This document shows, piece after piece, positions 1 through 8,564 of a stretch of DNA of 64,000 bases. The notes below the pieces were generated by a model. It was not told the DNA's origin and did not search any database. It was given only the letters and a program-made list of their open reading frames with translations. The DNA is taken from assembly GCA_964246235.1 (NCBI GenBank), contig CAXTPR010000010.1, forward strand, positions 1,946 through 65,945, given 5' to 3'. Made by a program: the position numbers and the translations under genes. Position 1 is the stretch's first letter; every line of letters begins with the position of its first letter. The DNA is from an uncultured Acidobacteriaceae bacterium. GTDB taxonomy: Bacteria; Acidobacteriota; Terriglobia; Terriglobales; Acidobacteriaceae.

Positions 1-209
1 GCGAAGAGGCGCGACGGCAAGACACGCGAGTCGTTCAATACCAGCAGGTCGCCGGGCTGAAGGAGCTGCGGCAAATCACGGAACAGGCAATCGTCCCATG
101 CGCCGGATTGCCTGTTCACAGCGAGCATGCGGCTGGAGCCGCGCTCCGCCGGCGGGTGCTGCGCGATCAGATCGTCGGGAAGGCGGTAGTCGAAGCAAGA
201 AACAAGCAT
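1..209 (-). CDS. queA: S-adenosylmethionine:tRNA ribosyltransferase-isomerase QueA, 5' part (runs off window)
   Basis: Not in ORF track. Hand translation from ATG at 209: [29 protein letters not shown]...[25 protein letters not shown], the characteristic QueA N-terminus (FDYxLPxxLIAQ, [11 protein letters not shown]). Confidence 0.93.
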   Translation of the reverse strand, partial: MLVSCFDYRLPDDLIAQHPPAERGSSRMLAVNRQSGAWDDCLFRDLPQLLQPGDLLVLNDSRVLPSRLF

Positions 210-212
210 GGG

Positions 213-866
213 TTAGCGAGTGGGCGAAGGAGCATCATGAGTTGACTCTTGCGACATGCTCACGGCGGTGTCGAGAGCTTGCTGGACGGCCTCAAGCTGC
301 GGAGCAACGTGCGCGGGCCATGTAAAGGTGACAGTGGAGAACGGTCTGGGGACGAGGAAGCGGTCCCAGGACTTCAGCTCCCAGGCACGGTCGGGCACGG
401 CATAAAACATACCGATCCATGTTGCCTGAACCAGCGCGGCAAGCTGAACCGGGCCGGCCTTGGCCACCATGTTCGGACCGCTCGGACCGTCGGCGGTGAA
501 GGCGCAACGGTGGCCGGCGTTATAGGCTTCAGCCATGCCGCGCAGCCCGGTTGCGCCGCCGCGAGAAGACGATCCCCGCACCGGCAGGAAACCCAGCCGC
601 TCCACCGTGCGCGCGATGAGCTCGCCATCGAAACTGGGCGAGATGAGGATGGCGATACCCTTGTTGCGGAAGCGGTAGGCGCAGGTGAGCAGGCAGCGAT
701 GCCAGAAGGCGAACACCACCGGCCCGGGCAGGGTGATGCCCACCGGCACGCCCGGCGCGTTGATGTCACGGTAGCGCAGCGTGATCCCCAGGACGCGGAT
801 GGACAGGGCGGCCAGTGGGGGAAGGACCGCCAGGAAATAGCGCTGCTTGCGGGTGAAGGCAGGCAC
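213..866 (-). CDS. DUF374 / lysophospholipid acyltransferase-family protein
   Basis: Motifs FAFWH, ILISPSFDGELIAR, VRGSSSRGG, AFTADGPSGP. Start placed at GTG 866, because the longer ORF overlaps the divergent gene and a TACCCT -10 lies 6 nt upstream. Stop is 3 nt before the queA start. Confidence 0.8.
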   Translation of the reverse strand: MPAFTRKQRYFLAVLPPLAALSIRVLGITLRYRDINAPGVPVGITLPGPVVFAFWHRCLLTCAYRFRNKGIAILISPSFDGELIARTVERLGFLPVRGSSSRGGATGLRGMAEAYNAGHRCAFTADGPSGPNMVAKAGPVQLAALVQATWIGMFYAVPDRAWELKSWDRFLVPRPFSTVTFTWPAHVAPQLEAVQQALDTAVSMSQESTHDAPSPTR

Positions 867-872
867 ATCATC

Positions 873-878
873 AGGGTA
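873..878 (-). promoter_or_regulatory. Putative -10 element (TACCCT) 6 nt before GTG, leaderless-type
   Basis: Minus strand reads TACCCT-GATGAT-GTG. Confidence 0.45.
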
Positions 879-938
879 CAGGGGCCGGGGATTGCAGCAG
901 AGACCCTTGTAGCCGTTGACCTGGCCGAGCGGCCGACG

Positions 939-944
939 TATGCT
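939..944 (+). promoter_or_regulatory. Putative -10 element (TATGCT) 7 nt before ATG, leaderless-type
   Basis: TATGCT-GTGCCGC-ATG(952), with no SD sequence. Confidence 0.55.
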
Positions 945-951
945 GTGCCGC

Positions 952-1377
952 ATGGCGACTGCCAGGAAGGGTGCACCGGGAAAGAAGCTTGCGAAGCTCG
1001 TCCTGAAGGACGACGTCGCGATCTTCCACCAGCTGCGTGAGGTGTTCGCGGAAATGCTGCCCAAGCTGCGGGCGCGAACGGACACTGAAACGGAGTACAC
1101 GCTGCACACGCGCGTCGCTTCGCCTTTCAAACAGCACAAGGGTGCGCCCGTGTTCTTCAGTAGCGTGCGCCGAGGCAAGGCGTACGTGAGCTTCCACCTG
1201 TTTCCGCTGTACATGAACCCGGAGCTCACGGGCACAATCTCGCCCGAGTTGAAGAAGCGCATGCAGGGAAAGACATGCTTCAACTTCAAAGCCGAACCGG
1301 AGCCGGCAACATTCGTCGAGCTGAAGAAGCTGGCCGATGCAGGGCTGAAGATCTTCGAAACGAAGGGCTGGGCGTAG
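952..1377 (+). CDS. DUF1801 (YdhG-like) family protein
   Basis: Motifs VRRGKAYVSFHLFPLYMNPEL and LKKRMQGKTCFNFK are typical of this small family. Confidence 0.7.
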   Translation: MATARKGAPGKKLAKLVLKDDVAIFHQLREVFAEMLPKLRARTDTETEYTLHTRVASPFKQHKGAPVFFSSVRRGKAYVSFHLFPLYMNPELTGTISPELKKRMQGKTCFNFKAEPEPATFVELKKLADAGLKIFETKGWA

Positions 1378-1392
1378 AAGCCGCTGGGCCGC

Positions 1393-2619
1393 TCAGCTGT
1401 ACTTCAGCCAGCGCAGGATCTCGGGCAGGTTCGGCTTTTTGCCGTACATCAGGATGCCGACACGGTAGATGCGGCTGGCGACCCAGACCACCAGGGCAAT
1501 TGTGAGCACCATCCCCAGCAGTGCGCCGATAACCTCGGCTGGATTGGGCTTGCCGACGATCAGGCGGGTGTACATGATCAGCGGCGCGGTGAAGGGAAAG
1601 TACGAGAAACCCTTGGAGAGCGGACTGTCGGGGTCCGTTACGACCTTCATAATGACGACGGAGCAGGCGATAAGCGGCAGCATCAGGAAAATGTTCATCT
1701 GCTGCAGCTCCTGCTCGGAGTTGGTCATGGCGCCGAGAGCAGCCGCGATGCTGGAGTACAGGAGGTAGCCGAGCAGGAAGAAGACTACAAACATCACCGC
1801 CTGGGGACCCGTGGGCAGCACGGTGACATCCTGACCGATGAGCTGGTACTTGATGGCGGCGACCGCGACCACGATCCAGATGCCGACCTGGGTAAGCCCC
1901 ACGGCGCCGACTCCGATCACCTTGCCGGCCAGCATCTCGCTGGGCCGGATGGTGGACAGCAGCACCTCGAAAACGCGCGAAGTCTTCTCCTCGATGATGG
2001 AGCGCGCCACGTTCATCCCGTAGAACAGGATGACGAAGTACATCAGCAGGAACATGCCGTAGGCGCTCCCGAACGCGGCCTTGGAGTTGCTGGTCTTGAG
2101 GTCGACGGGTGCAAGCAACGCGCTGACGTCGCCGCTGGCCATGCCGGAGTGAGCCAGCCGCTCGCGGGTGAGGGAACCGCGGATGGCATCGGCGATGCGG
2201 TCCTTGGTGACCACGTCGGCACGCGATTTCGGCACCCACTCATACTGGCCGCGGGAAGTGGACTGCGCGCCCGGCCTGGCGATCAGGTAGCCGTCGAGAG
2301 AGCTTTGTCTCGTCTTGAGTTCGGCGTTAAGCGTGTCTCGAACGTTGGGCTCGGAAGGAGAATGAACGTCGATCTGCGGTGGCGTGTCGCCTTTGTGACG
2401 AAGCTCTTCGCGGAGATTGGCGGCCAGGGCCGGGTCGTCGGTGATCACGGCAATGTGCTTCGAGGAGCCGAGGTCGCGATTAATGTATGCTGCGCCGAAG
2501 AGCAGGCCGCCCATCAGCACGGGGATGAGCACCGTCATGATGGCGAAGCTCTTTGCCCTCACCCGCTCCAGGTACTCACGGCGCGCCACCAGCAGGATGT
2601 TCTTGAGTGCGTCAGGCAT
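1393..2619 (-). CDS. ABC-2 type transporter permease (NatB-like)
   Basis: ILLVARREYLERV start, EEKTSRVFEVLLS motif, six hydrophobic C-terminal segments. ATG 2619 overlaps the ATPase stop by 8 nt. Confidence 0.9.
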   Translation of the reverse strand: MPDALKNILLVARREYLERVRAKSFAIMTVLIPVLMGGLLFGAAYINRDLGSSKHIAVITDDPALAANLREELRHKGDTPPQIDVHSPSEPNVRDTLNAELKTRQSSLDGYLIARPGAQSTSRGQYEWVPKSRADVVTKDRIADAIRGSLTRERLAHSGMASGDVSALLAPVDLKTSNSKAAFGSAYGMFLLMYFVILFYGMNVARSIIEEKTSRVFEVLLSTIRPSEMLAGKVIGVGAVGLTQVGIWIVVAVAAIKYQLIGQDVTVLPTGPQAVMFVVFFLLGYLLYSSIAAALGAMTNSEQELQQMNIFLMLPLIACSVVIMKVVTDPDSPLSKGFSYFPFTAPLIMYTRLIVGKPNPAEVIGALLGMVLTIALVVWVASRIYRVGILMYGKKPNLPEILRWLKYS

Positions 2620-3544
2620 CGACACGGCCTCCGGCCTCGGCATATTCAGGCGTGCCCTTGACGATGGATATAAAAATCTCTTCCAGCGTGGGCTCCACGA
2701 CCTCAAAGCGGCTGATCTGCGTGCCGCGGGCGATGGCTTCCGCAAGCAGCGACTGCGCTGCCTCCGGGGAGGTCAGCGTGATTTCCGCAATGCCGGCGTA
2801 GTCCTTGGCCTCGGCGACGGCGGGGTGCTGAAGAAAACCGCTGTCACCGGAAAAAACCATCTGCACGCGGTTACGCGGGTAGCGCGATTTCACCTCGCGC
2901 ATGCTGCCGTCCAGCACCAGACGGCCGCGATAGATGATGGCGATCTCGTCGCACAGCTTCTCCACCTGATCCATGCGGTGGGTGCTGAACAGCACAGCCT
3001 TGCCTTGCTTGCGCAGATCGACCAGCGTGTCCATCAGCAGCGTGGCGTTCACCGGGTCGAGACCGCTGAAGGGCTCGTCCATGATGATGAGGTCAGGCTC
3101 ATGGAGCAGCGCGGCAATGAACTGGATCTTCTGCTGCATACCCTTGGAAAGCTCTTCCGTCTTCTTCTCGACGGCCTCGGTGATCTCCATGCGCTCGCAC
3201 CACTGCAGCGAGCGCCGGCGGGCAGTCGCCTCATCCAACCCATGCAACTGACCGAGAAAAATCAACTGCTCGATGACCTTCATCTTCTTGTAAAGGCCGC
3301 GCTCTTCCGGCAGGTAACCGACGCGGCTGAGCGCTTCGCGCGTGAACGGCTTGCCGAACAGCCGGACCGTGCCGGAGTCGGGCACCGTCATGCCGATCAT
3401 CATGCGGATGGAGCTGGTCTTACCCGAGCCATTCGGCCCCAACAGACCAAACATGGTGCCGGGCTCGATGTTGAGCGTTAGGCCTTCTACAGCAACCTTG
3501 TTCTCATAGACCTTGCGGATGTTCTGGAGTTCAGCGACGGGCAT
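2612..3544 (-). CDS. ABC transporter ATP-binding protein
   Basis: Walker A GPNGSGKT, signature LSKGMQQ, Walker B IIMDEP, H-loop STH. Confidence 0.95.
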   Translation of the reverse strand: MPVAELQNIRKVYENKVAVEGLTLNIEPGTMFGLLGPNGSGKTSSIRMMIGMTVPDSGTVRLFGKPFTREALSRVGYLPEERGLYKKMKVIEQLIFLGQLHGLDEATARRRSLQWCERMEITEAVEKKTEELSKGMQQKIQFIAALLHEPDLIIMDEPFSGLDPVNATLLMDTLVDLRKQGKAVLFSTHRMDQVEKLCDEIAIIYRGRLVLDGSMREVKSRYPRNRVQMVFSGDSGFLQHPAVAEAKDYAGIAEITLTSPEAAQSLLAEAIARGTQISRFEVVEPTLEEIFISIVKGTPEYAEAGGRVDA

Positions 3545-3574
3545 TGCGGGGTACAGCTAGTGTAGCGCAGGGCG

Positions 3575-4052
3575 TCAGGGCTTGGCCTGCAGTAGCAGGT
3601 CCAAAGCTACAACCTGCGTCACGACAGACAGTATGCAGCAGCCCATGTGACCGTACCCTCCCCAGTATGGCTTGCTCTTAGCGTCCAAGTACACTTGCCT
3701 GGCAAAGATCACGCCACATAGAGCGGCCTGCACGGTGTCGCTCTGCCTCTGCGGCTGAGTGCGGAGGATGAAGGCGAGCGTTGAAACCGTTCAAAAGGGC
3801 GATCATTGACTAGCGGTACTTCAATGCCGTCCATTTGAGAGTCTCTGGGGTTGGCTTTGGACTGAAACCGCAACAGCACATTGTGTCGGTCGACTGCGTG
3901 CCACCGGATTCCATCCAAACACCAGGATTGTTGTTGTCGGTCCAAGTGCACTTGCTGTCCTCAACCATGGAATCTTCGAACCCATGTGATGCAGTGGCGC
4001 TGAACTCGACAACCCTGTGCTGGAAGCTCTCCGGGTGAGCTTTGACGGCACT
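3575..4052 (-). pseudogene. Frameshifted hypothetical protein (three consecutive frames)
   Basis: Minus-strand pieces: HPESFQHRVVEFSATASHGFEDSM...GVWMESGGTQSTDTMCCCG (4052-3835), MDGIEVPLVNDRPFERFQ (3834-3781), and LAFILR...YWGGYGHMGCCILSVVTQV..KP* (stop 3575). They join via two single-base losses. The pieces match, from memory, a family of Acidobacteria hypothetical proteins. Confidence 0.55.
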
Positions 4053-4076
4053 TCACGCCGGAAGTATAGGGCAAGC

Positions 4077-4102
4077 AAAAGGCGCACCCTGAGGCGCGCC
4101 TT
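4077..4102 (-). terminator. Rho-independent terminator after rplQ
   Basis: Stem AAGGCGC/GCGCCTT followed by TTTT on the minus strand, about 20 nt after the rplQ stop. Confidence 0.7.
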
Positions 4103-4124
4103 CTCTTTTGGAAAGAATCGATGA

Positions 4125-4604
4125 CTACGGTTCGACCGACGGATCGGGCTGGTCGCCGGGGCCGCGCTCTTCGAGCTGCTTCTGCAGCTCTTCGCGGCGC
4201 TTGTGACGGGCTTCTTCGCGCTTCTGCGCCTTTTCGTTCAGCTCGGCTTCGGCGCCGAGCAGCTCGATGTAGGCCATCTCGCCGGCATCGCCCTTGCGGG
4301 GGCCGGTGCGTGTGATGCGCGAATAGCCGCCGTTGCGCTCGGCATAGCGCGGGGCCACGGTCTTGAAGAGACGGTCAACGGACTCAGGCGTCATGAGGTA
4401 CGCCAGCGCCTGGCGGCGGGCATGCACCGAGCCGTTCTTGCCGAGCGTGATCATCTTCTCCACCAGAGGTCGCGAGGCCTTGGCCTTGGTGATGGTGGTG
4501 TGGACGCGGTCGTTGACGATGATGGACGTAACCAGGTTACGAAGCAGCGCCCTTCGGTGAGAGGTGTTACGGCCTAACTTGAATCCGCCCTTACGATGGC
4601 GCAT
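4125..4604 (-). CDS. rplQ: 50S ribosomal protein L17
   Basis: MRHRKGGFKLGRNTSHRRALLRNL...RNGGYSRI. Confidence 0.98.
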   Translation of the reverse strand: MRHRKGGFKLGRNTSHRRALLRNLVTSIIVNDRVHTTITKAKASRPLVEKMITLGKNGSVHARRQALAYLMTPESVDRLFKTVAPRYAERNGGYSRITRTGPRKGDAGEMAYIELLGAEAELNEKAQKREEARHKRREELQKQLEERGPGDQPDPSVEP

Positions 4605-4672
4605 AGCTTCGTCTCCTTCGGTCCAGCTTCGCTGTCGAACGGTGTGGTTCGGTTGGTACGGTTTTGAGAGTT

Positions 4673-4720
4673 GTAGCGCAGCGGAGGAAAGCAGATTCCT
4701 CCACTGCGCTACGGAATGAC
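4673..4720. repeat. REP-like palindrome (copy A) between rpoA and rplQ
   Basis: 17-bp inverted repeat GTAGCGCAGCGGAGGAA / TTCCTCCACTGCGCTAC with one mismatch. Minus strand contains GTCATTCC...GAGGAATCTGCT. Confidence 0.75.
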
Positions 4721-4772
4721 TACCAAAGAGCTACGGAAACAATCAGAGTCAAGCGTCTGACAGCCAAGGCTG

Positions 4773-5867
4773 CTAGAAGCTCTCCGTCTCGTTGTCGAGA
4801 TCGAGATCGTCGTCTTCGTCGTCCTCTTCCTCGTCATCGAAGCTGCCGTAGCTCGCCGCCAGCGTCGCCGCAGGCAGGACCGAGGTCGGGCCCGGGACCG
4901 GCTGACCGGTTTCGTCGATACGCATGCCCAGCGAGAGGCCCATCTGCGCGAGGATTTCCTTGATCTCGTTCAGGGATTTGCGGCCGAAGTTCTTGGTCTT
5001 CAGCATCTCGGCTTCGGTCTTCTGGATGAGCTCGCCGATCGTCGCGATGTTGGCATTCTTCAGGCAGTTGTAGCTGCGCACGGAAAGCTCAAGCTCTTCG
5101 ACCGAGCGGTTCAGGTTCTCATTGCGGATCGCCGGACCGTCGAGCCCATCGTGACCACCCGCCTCCATCTCCTCTTCGAAGTTGATGAAGATGGTCATGT
5201 GGTCTTTGAGCAGCTTGGCCGAAAGCCCCAGGGCGTCAGCAGGGAGCACTGTCCCGTTGGTCCAGATCTCCATGGTGAGCTTGTCGTAATCGGTGATCTG
5301 ACCGAGACGGGCTGCCTCGACGAGGTAGTTGACCTTGCGCACCGGCGAGTGAACCGAGTCGACCGGGATGAAGCCCAGGCCGAGGTCGGTGTCGAAGTTC
5401 TTGTCCGCCGAGACATAGCCACGGCCGCGCTTGAGGCGCATTTCCATGTCGATGCGGCCACCCTCCGAGACCGTGCAGATGTACACGTTCGGATCGAGGA
5501 TCTCGACGTCGCCGTCGGCCTCGATCATGCCCGAGGTCACCTGGCCGGCGGCATCGGCGCGCAGGTAGAGCGCCTTGGGGCCGTCGCCGTTGAGCTTGAA
5601 CGGGATCTGCTTGAGGTTGAGGATGATGTCGGTCGCATCTTCGACAACGCCCGAGATCGACTGAAACTCATGGAGCACGCCTTCAATGCGGACGGCCGTC
5701 ACGGCAGCGCCTTCAATCGACGAAAGCAGTGTACGGCGCAGGGCGTTGCCAATCGTGGTGCCAAAGCCGCGCTCAAAGGGCTGCGCGGAGAACTTGCCGA
5801 AGTTCGGGGTAAGGGATTCGTTGTCGACGGCGAGACGCTTGGGCTTCTGGAAACCTCTCCAAAGCAT
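4773..5867 (-). CDS. rpoA: DNA-directed RNA polymerase subunit alpha
   Basis: [21 protein letters not shown]; [15 protein letters not shown] and [14 protein letters not shown]; acidic C-terminal tail. Confidence 0.99.
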   Translation of the reverse strand: MLWRGFQKPKRLAVDNESLTPNFGKFSAQPFERGFGTTIGNALRRTLLSSIEGAAVTAVRIEGVLHEFQSISGVVEDATDIILNLKQIPFKLNGDGPKALYLRADAAGQVTSGMIEADGDVEILDPNVYICTVSEGGRIDMEMRLKRGRGYVSADKNFDTDLGLGFIPVDSVHSPVRKVNYLVEAARLGQITDYDKLTMEIWTNGTVLPADALGLSAKLLKDHMTIFINFEEEMEAGGHDGLDGPAIRNENLNRSVEELELSVRSYNCLKNANIATIGELIQKTEAEMLKTKNFGRKSLNEIKEILAQMGLSLGMRIDETGQPVPGPTSVLPAATLAASYGSFDDEEEDDEDDDLDLDNETESF

Positions 5868-5988
5868 GGGTGTATTCCTTTCTTCCTGCCGCGCGAAGCA
5901 TTCTGCGCGGGTCAGGGGTGAGACGGATGGAGCTACGCGGATGGCTCCGTGTGGTTTGACAACAAAGTGATGCCGCGCAGCCTGCCTG

Positions 5989-6621
5989 TTACTTGCTGTA
6001 CAGTTCGACGATCTGCTGCTCGTTGACCGGGAGCTGGATGTCTTCGCGGCGGGGCAGCGAGATGATCTTGCCGCTGAGAAGATCAGGTTGCGCGCTGATC
6101 CAGCTCACGCGGTTCATGCCGTTGGCGAAATCCTTCGCTACCGCGAGCAGAACCATCTCCTTTGCGCCCTCACGGATCGAGACCTCATCGCCGACCTTGC
6201 ACTGGAAGCTCGGGATGTTGACCTTGCGGCCGTTGACCTGCACGTGGCCGTGACGAACGATCTGGCGGGCCTGGCGGCGCGCAATCGCAAAGCCGAGCCG
6301 GTAGCAGACGTTGTCGAGGCGCGTTTCCAGCTGCTGCAGCAGCAGGTCGCCGGTGACACCGGTCTTGTTGGAGGCCTTCTCGTAGTAGGCGCGGAACTGG
6401 GTTTCGAGCGTGAAGTAGATGCGCTTGGCCTTCTGCTTCTCGCGGAGCTGCAGGCCGTACCCGATGAGCTTCTTGACCTTCTTGTTCTGGCCGTGCTGGC
6501 CTGGGGGGAAGTTCCGCTTTTCAACGGGGCACTTGTCGGTGAAGCACTTGGGGCCTTTGAGGAAGAGCTTGACGCCGTCGCGGCGGCACATGCGGCAGAC
6601 GGGTCCTGTATAACGTGCCAT
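5989..6621 (-). CDS. rpsD: 30S ribosomal protein S4 (zinc-binding C+ form)
   Basis: [16 protein letters not shown]...[26 protein letters not shown]. Confidence 0.99.
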   Translation of the reverse strand: MARYTGPVCRMCRRDGVKLFLKGPKCFTDKCPVEKRNFPPGQHGQNKKVKKLIGYGLQLREKQKAKRIYFTLETQFRAYYEKASNKTGVTGDLLLQQLETRLDNVCYRLGFAIARRQARQIVRHGHVQVNGRKVNIPSFQCKVGDEVSIREGAKEMVLLAVAKDFANGMNRVSWISAQPDLLSGKIISLPRREDIQLPVNEQQIVELYSK

Positions 6622-6697
6622 TTTCTTTGTCCTTTACTTCAGGTGTCGATCGCTTTACGCGCAGTGCGCTTCGTCACGATCCCATGATGGTTGTTAT

Positions 6698-6868
6698 CTA
6701 CTGCGTGCGCCTCGGCCAGAGGACTATAGGCACAGTAACCAGTAAACAGATCAGAGTGTCAAACCAGAAGCGGCCCATGCCACGGTGGAACACAGCAGTC
6801 ACAATTCCGATGACGAGAACCGCGAAGCTAAGCAGCATCGCAAGCCGCAAAATCCTTGACTGTGGCAT
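6698..6868 (-). CDS. Small (56 aa) two-TM hypothetical membrane protein inside the alpha operon
   Basis: GGAGG SD then ATG at 6868, 16 nt after the rpsK stop. MPQSRILRLAMLLSFAVLVIGIVTAVFHRGMGRFWFDTLICLLVTVPIVLWPRRTQ has two hydrophobic stretches. Confidence 0.65.
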   Translation of the reverse strand: MPQSRILRLAMLLSFAVLVIGIVTAVFHRGMGRFWFDTLICLLVTVPIVLWPRRTQ

Positions 6869-6884
6869 GGTGCCTCCTGGTTCG

Positions 6885-7307
6885 TTACACACGTCTCCGC
6901 TTGGGCGGACGGCAGCCGTTGTGCGGCATCGGCGTGACGTCGCGGATGCTGCGCACCTCGACGCCGGCGGCAGCGAGGGCGCGGATGGCGCTCTCACGGC
7001 CGGAGCCGGGACCGGACACGCGCACATCCACCGAGCGCAGGCCGTGGTCCTTGGCTGCATTGGCGGCGTTGACGGCGGCCTGCTGCGCGGCAAACGGGGT
7101 TCCCTTGCGGGAGCCGCGGAAGCCGAGCGAGCCCGAGCTCTTCCAGCTGAGCGTGTTGCCCTGCTGGTCAGTGATGGTGACGATGGTGTTGTTGAAGCTG
7201 GCCTGGATAAAGACCAATCCGAATGGAACATTTTTCCGTTCCCGCTTCTTGAACTTCTTGCCTTTGCCGCTCTTGGAGCTGGCAGACTTCTGCGCTGTCT
7301 TCGCCAT
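6885..7307 (-). CDS. rpsK: 30S ribosomal protein S11
   Basis: [38 protein letters not shown]. Confidence 0.99.
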   Translation of the reverse strand: MAKTAQKSASSKSGKGKKFKKRERKNVPFGLVFIQASFNNTIVTITDQQGNTLSWKSSGSLGFRGSRKGTPFAAQQAAVNAANAAKDHGLRSVDVRVSGPGSGRESAIRALAAAGVEVRSIRDVTPMPHNGCRPPKRRRV

Positions 7308-7311
7308 GAGC

Positions 7312-7692
7312 TTACTTGGTCACTTTCTTTTTGCCGGCAACGGTGCCCTTGCGCGGACCTTTGCGTGTACGTGCGTTGGTGTGGGTGCGCTGACCGCGGA
7401 CCGGGAGCGAGCGGCGGTGGCGCAGGCCACGGTAGCTCTGGATTTCGATCAGGCGCTTGATATTCAGGCCGATCTCCTTGCGGAGGTCGCCTTCGATGCC
7501 GCCTTCCTGCTCGATCACGTTACGAATCTTGTTGAGCTGATCCTCGTCGAGGGTCGCCATCTTGACGTACGGGTCGACGCCGGCCTTCTCGAGGATCGAG
7601 AGGGCGCGGGGGTCGCCGATGCCATAGATGTAGGTAAGCGCGATGCGCGTCTGCTTGTTTCCTGGCAGATCGACGCCGGCGATACGGGCCAT
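7312..7692 (-). CDS. rpsM: 30S ribosomal protein S13
   Basis: [10 protein letters not shown] start at ATG 7692; [26 protein letters not shown]. Confidence 0.99.
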   Translation of the reverse strand: MARIAGVDLPGNKQTRIALTYIYGIGDPRALSILEKAGVDPYVKMATLDEDQLNKIRNVIEQEGGIEGDLRKEIGLNIKRLIEIQSYRGLRHRRSLPVRGQRTHTNARTRKGPRKGTVAGKKKVTK

Positions 7693-7921
7693 GGTGTGCC
7701 TTTCGGTGGGAGCTGGCGAGCTTGTCGCCGAGCGGGGTGATGGGTGGAGCGGCTGACCTGGCCATAGCCGTTGCTCATGGCCTCCAGTCTCCTCCGGGTT
7801 CAACGCACGCCTTTGGTTCGGCGAACTCGCCCGGTGGGGCCGCGTGGGATGCGAGAGATCAGGGAGGAGAGATCAGAAAGGAGAGTTTGTTGACTGTCCT
7901 CGCATTTCTGTTCTCTCGCCT

Positions 7922-8038
7922 CTACCCCTGGCGCTGCTTATGCTTGGCGCTGGCGCTGCAGATGACGCGCACAACACCGCGACGATGAATCACTTTGCAC
8001 TTGTCGCAAATCTTCTTTACGGACGCACGGACCTTCAT
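7922..8038 (-). CDS. rpmJ: 50S ribosomal protein L36 (zinc-ribbon C+ form)
   Basis: Not in ORF track. Hand translation [38 protein letters not shown] (38 aa). Confidence 0.98.
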   Translation of the reverse strand: MKVRASVKKICDKCKVIHRRGVVRVICSASAKHKQRQG

Positions 8039-8115
8039 AAAACCTCAGTTCTACGTTGTGAGCTGTCCGTTGTACGTTGCGCTCTCTTCGTAGAACGCAC
8101 AACGTGCAGCTCGCC

Positions 8116-8337
8116 TTACTTATAGCGGTACACAATGCGCCCGCGGCTCAGGTCATAGGGGCTAAGTTCGATGGCTACGCGGTCGCCGGGGAGGATACGG
8201 ATGAAATTCTTGCGCATGCGGCCAGATACATGAGCCAGCACCTGGTGCTTGCCTGTTTCCAACTCGACTTTGAACAGCGCATTGGGCAGGGTCTCGACGA
8301 CCGTGGCCATAACCTCAATTGCATCTTCCTTCGACAA
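8116..8337 (-). CDS. infA: Translation initiation factor IF-1
   Basis: TTG start after GAAGGAG; SKEDAIEV...[34 protein letters not shown]. Confidence 0.98.
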   Translation of the reverse strand: MSKEDAIEVMATVVETLPNALFKVELETGKHQVLAHVSGRMRKNFIRILPGDRVAIELSPYDLSRGRIVYRYK

Positions 8338-8551
8338 ACGCTCTCCTTCGGAGCGAGCCTCACCGGGAATCCCGAAGGCCGCTCTTCTCAACTGCCTGAA
8401 ACCTGTTTCGTGGCTTTATTGTGCCTAGCGCCCCTTCGAGGGCTCCATGAACACGGTGGAACGGACACGCACCGTCTCATAGAATATCGTACTTTGGGCG
8501 TTTCGGAAAGTACCGTTCCGTCGTGACGTTTGCCGGCAGTGCCCGATCTGC

Positions 8552-8557
8552 TACGCT
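8552..8557 (+). promoter_or_regulatory. Putative extended -10 (TGc-TACGCT) 7 nt before ATG, leaderless-type
   Basis: TGC-TACGCT-GCTGCGC-ATG(8565). Confidence 0.55.
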
Positions 8558-8564
8558 GCTGCGC

